A DNA stretch of 64,000 bases from Eledone cirrhosa (lineage: Eukaryota): contig OZ024742.1 in NCBI GenBank assembly GCA_964016885.1, positions 72,788,001 through 72,852,000 on the forward strand, read 5' to 3'. Both the position numbers and the translations under genes were made by a program. The first letter of the stretch is position 1, and every line of letters begins with the position of its first letter. The notes beneath the pieces are model-generated. The model saw only the letters and a program-made list of their open reading frames with translations. It was not told the origin of the DNA and made no database searches. Of the stretch, positions 62,478-64,000 are shown one piece after another.

Positions 62478-63819
62478 CTAAAAATAAAAAAAAAAAATGA
62501 AAGTATACAAAGAGCCCATACAAGCATAGAAAAAGTAGACGCGATGATGATGATAATGAAAGAAAACTATAAAAAAAATAAAATAAAAACAACAAAGTAG
62601 AAAAATGGTTTAGAATCAGTACACCACACAGCAATTTTTCATCCAACATTCCATGTAGGTGTCACAACAAAAAGTACCAAGCCCACACTGTAAAGTGGTT
62701 GTGTCATAACAAAAAGTGGTTGTCATAACAAAAAGCACCCAGTACACTCTGTAAATGTGGTTGGTGTTAGGAAGGGCATCCAGCCATAGAAACCAAGCCA
62801 GAAACAGTTCTGTGTGAGCATGACATGGTTACGTGACCCAACATGCCTCAAATAGGACAACCTGTCAAACCCATGCTAGCATAGAAAGTGGACATTAAAC
62901 GATGATGATGATGATTCCATGTTCATTCATATCACATTTCCCTCCCTCCAGCATATATCAGCTGATGTACAGTTGTTCTTGTGAACTACTTTGTGCTCTA
63001 TTTTTTTGTAAATTAACATTAGACATCCAAGAGTCTATACTTGTCTCCATTTCTTCCAGGTACAACTGATCTTCTACATTTAATGCTTTATGTCATTCTG
63101 ACATGTAGTAATGGAGCTCAATGTGCAAAACACATCAGTCAAATCTCACTCAAATCACTCACTTATATCTTCAAAAATACTGGACAAAAATAAAAAAAAT
63201 TAAAACTATCTGATGGCAAGAAACATTCGATCATACATTTATCTGCTCTATCAGGATTGATTTAAGGTTAAGCAACAAATAGATGTCTTATACATGCTTC
63301 ATAAAGTTTTTTAGTTTACATGAACAGACAAACCCTTTGTAGCCAGTTGCTGAAATAAGTCACTTTATACAACTTTTCTCTAGCTCTAGCTATCATACTA
63401 TCTCTTCCTCTAGCTATGATACTATCATTACTGCCATCGCTGATACTAATAAGGTCATCAAGGTATCTAAATCTATATCATTTTGTGAGCCATCTGAACA
63501 GTTCACACATTTTACTACATGAAGAAGATGTGGTTCTCTGACCCATCAAGTCTCAGACTATGCTGTCCCATCCAAACCATATCAACATGGAAAATGGACA
63601 TAACATGATAATAAAGATAATGAGTGTTTTAATAGATAACTCTGTTTGTACATCTATCACATCCTTTTTTTTGTGTGTGTTTTTAAAAGCTTATTTGAGG
63701 GAGGAAGGGCAGTACCTATGAGACTAGTAGGAGAAAGGGAAGGAGGATGGTATCCACAGAGTCGAGATCCAGTGCGAATATTTTCAACAGAGTGAATTTC
63801 GTTAGAGGTATCCAAGGGC

Positions 63820-64000
63820 CAGGTGGTGATGTTAAACCTGGTGACAGATTAAGTATACCCTCCAAGGTCTGGGTGTTGGTGTTAAACTGAGTGACTGATT
63901 AAGTCTACCATTCAAGGGCTGGGTGGTGGTGTTAAACCAGGTGATTGCTTATGTCTACCATCCAGGTAGTGGTGCTAAACTGGGTAACAGATTAAGTTTA
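63820..64000. repeat. degenerate tandem repeat, about 45-48 bp unit
   Basis: repeated GGTGGTGTTAAAC..GGTGAC.GATTAAGT.TACC. Confidence 0.7.

Overview
AT-rich, repeat-dense animal genomic DNA. The SINE/LINE repertoire and (TA)n/(CAT)n microsatellites suggest an octopod cephalopod, which is an inference. Two convergent spliced genes are present: the last five coding exons of COPS5/CSN5 on + (365-8713), and ten or so exons of a DUF389-type multi-pass membrane protein gene on - (62477 to 13750, 5' end outside the window). The introns are filled with RTE LINEs (carrying a C4HC3 PHD-like finger after the RT), CORE- and Nin/Deu-type SINEs, mariner/maT relics and TTAA-flanked MITEs. The most notable element is a young, intact Penelope-like retroelement (RT + GIY-YIG, 18923-24172) inserted in a (TA)n tract, with an inverted 5' pseudo-LTR, a direct partial-tandem 3' pseudo-LTR and a minimal hammerhead ribozyme. 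Around it are roughly ten small fold-back elements, mostly (TA)n-embedded, with the same inverted-arm/direct-arm/tail geometry. They come from several unrelated sequence families and most carry intact, variant (A8-type core) or truncated hammerhead motifs. All calls were made by eye; no searches or folding computations were run.
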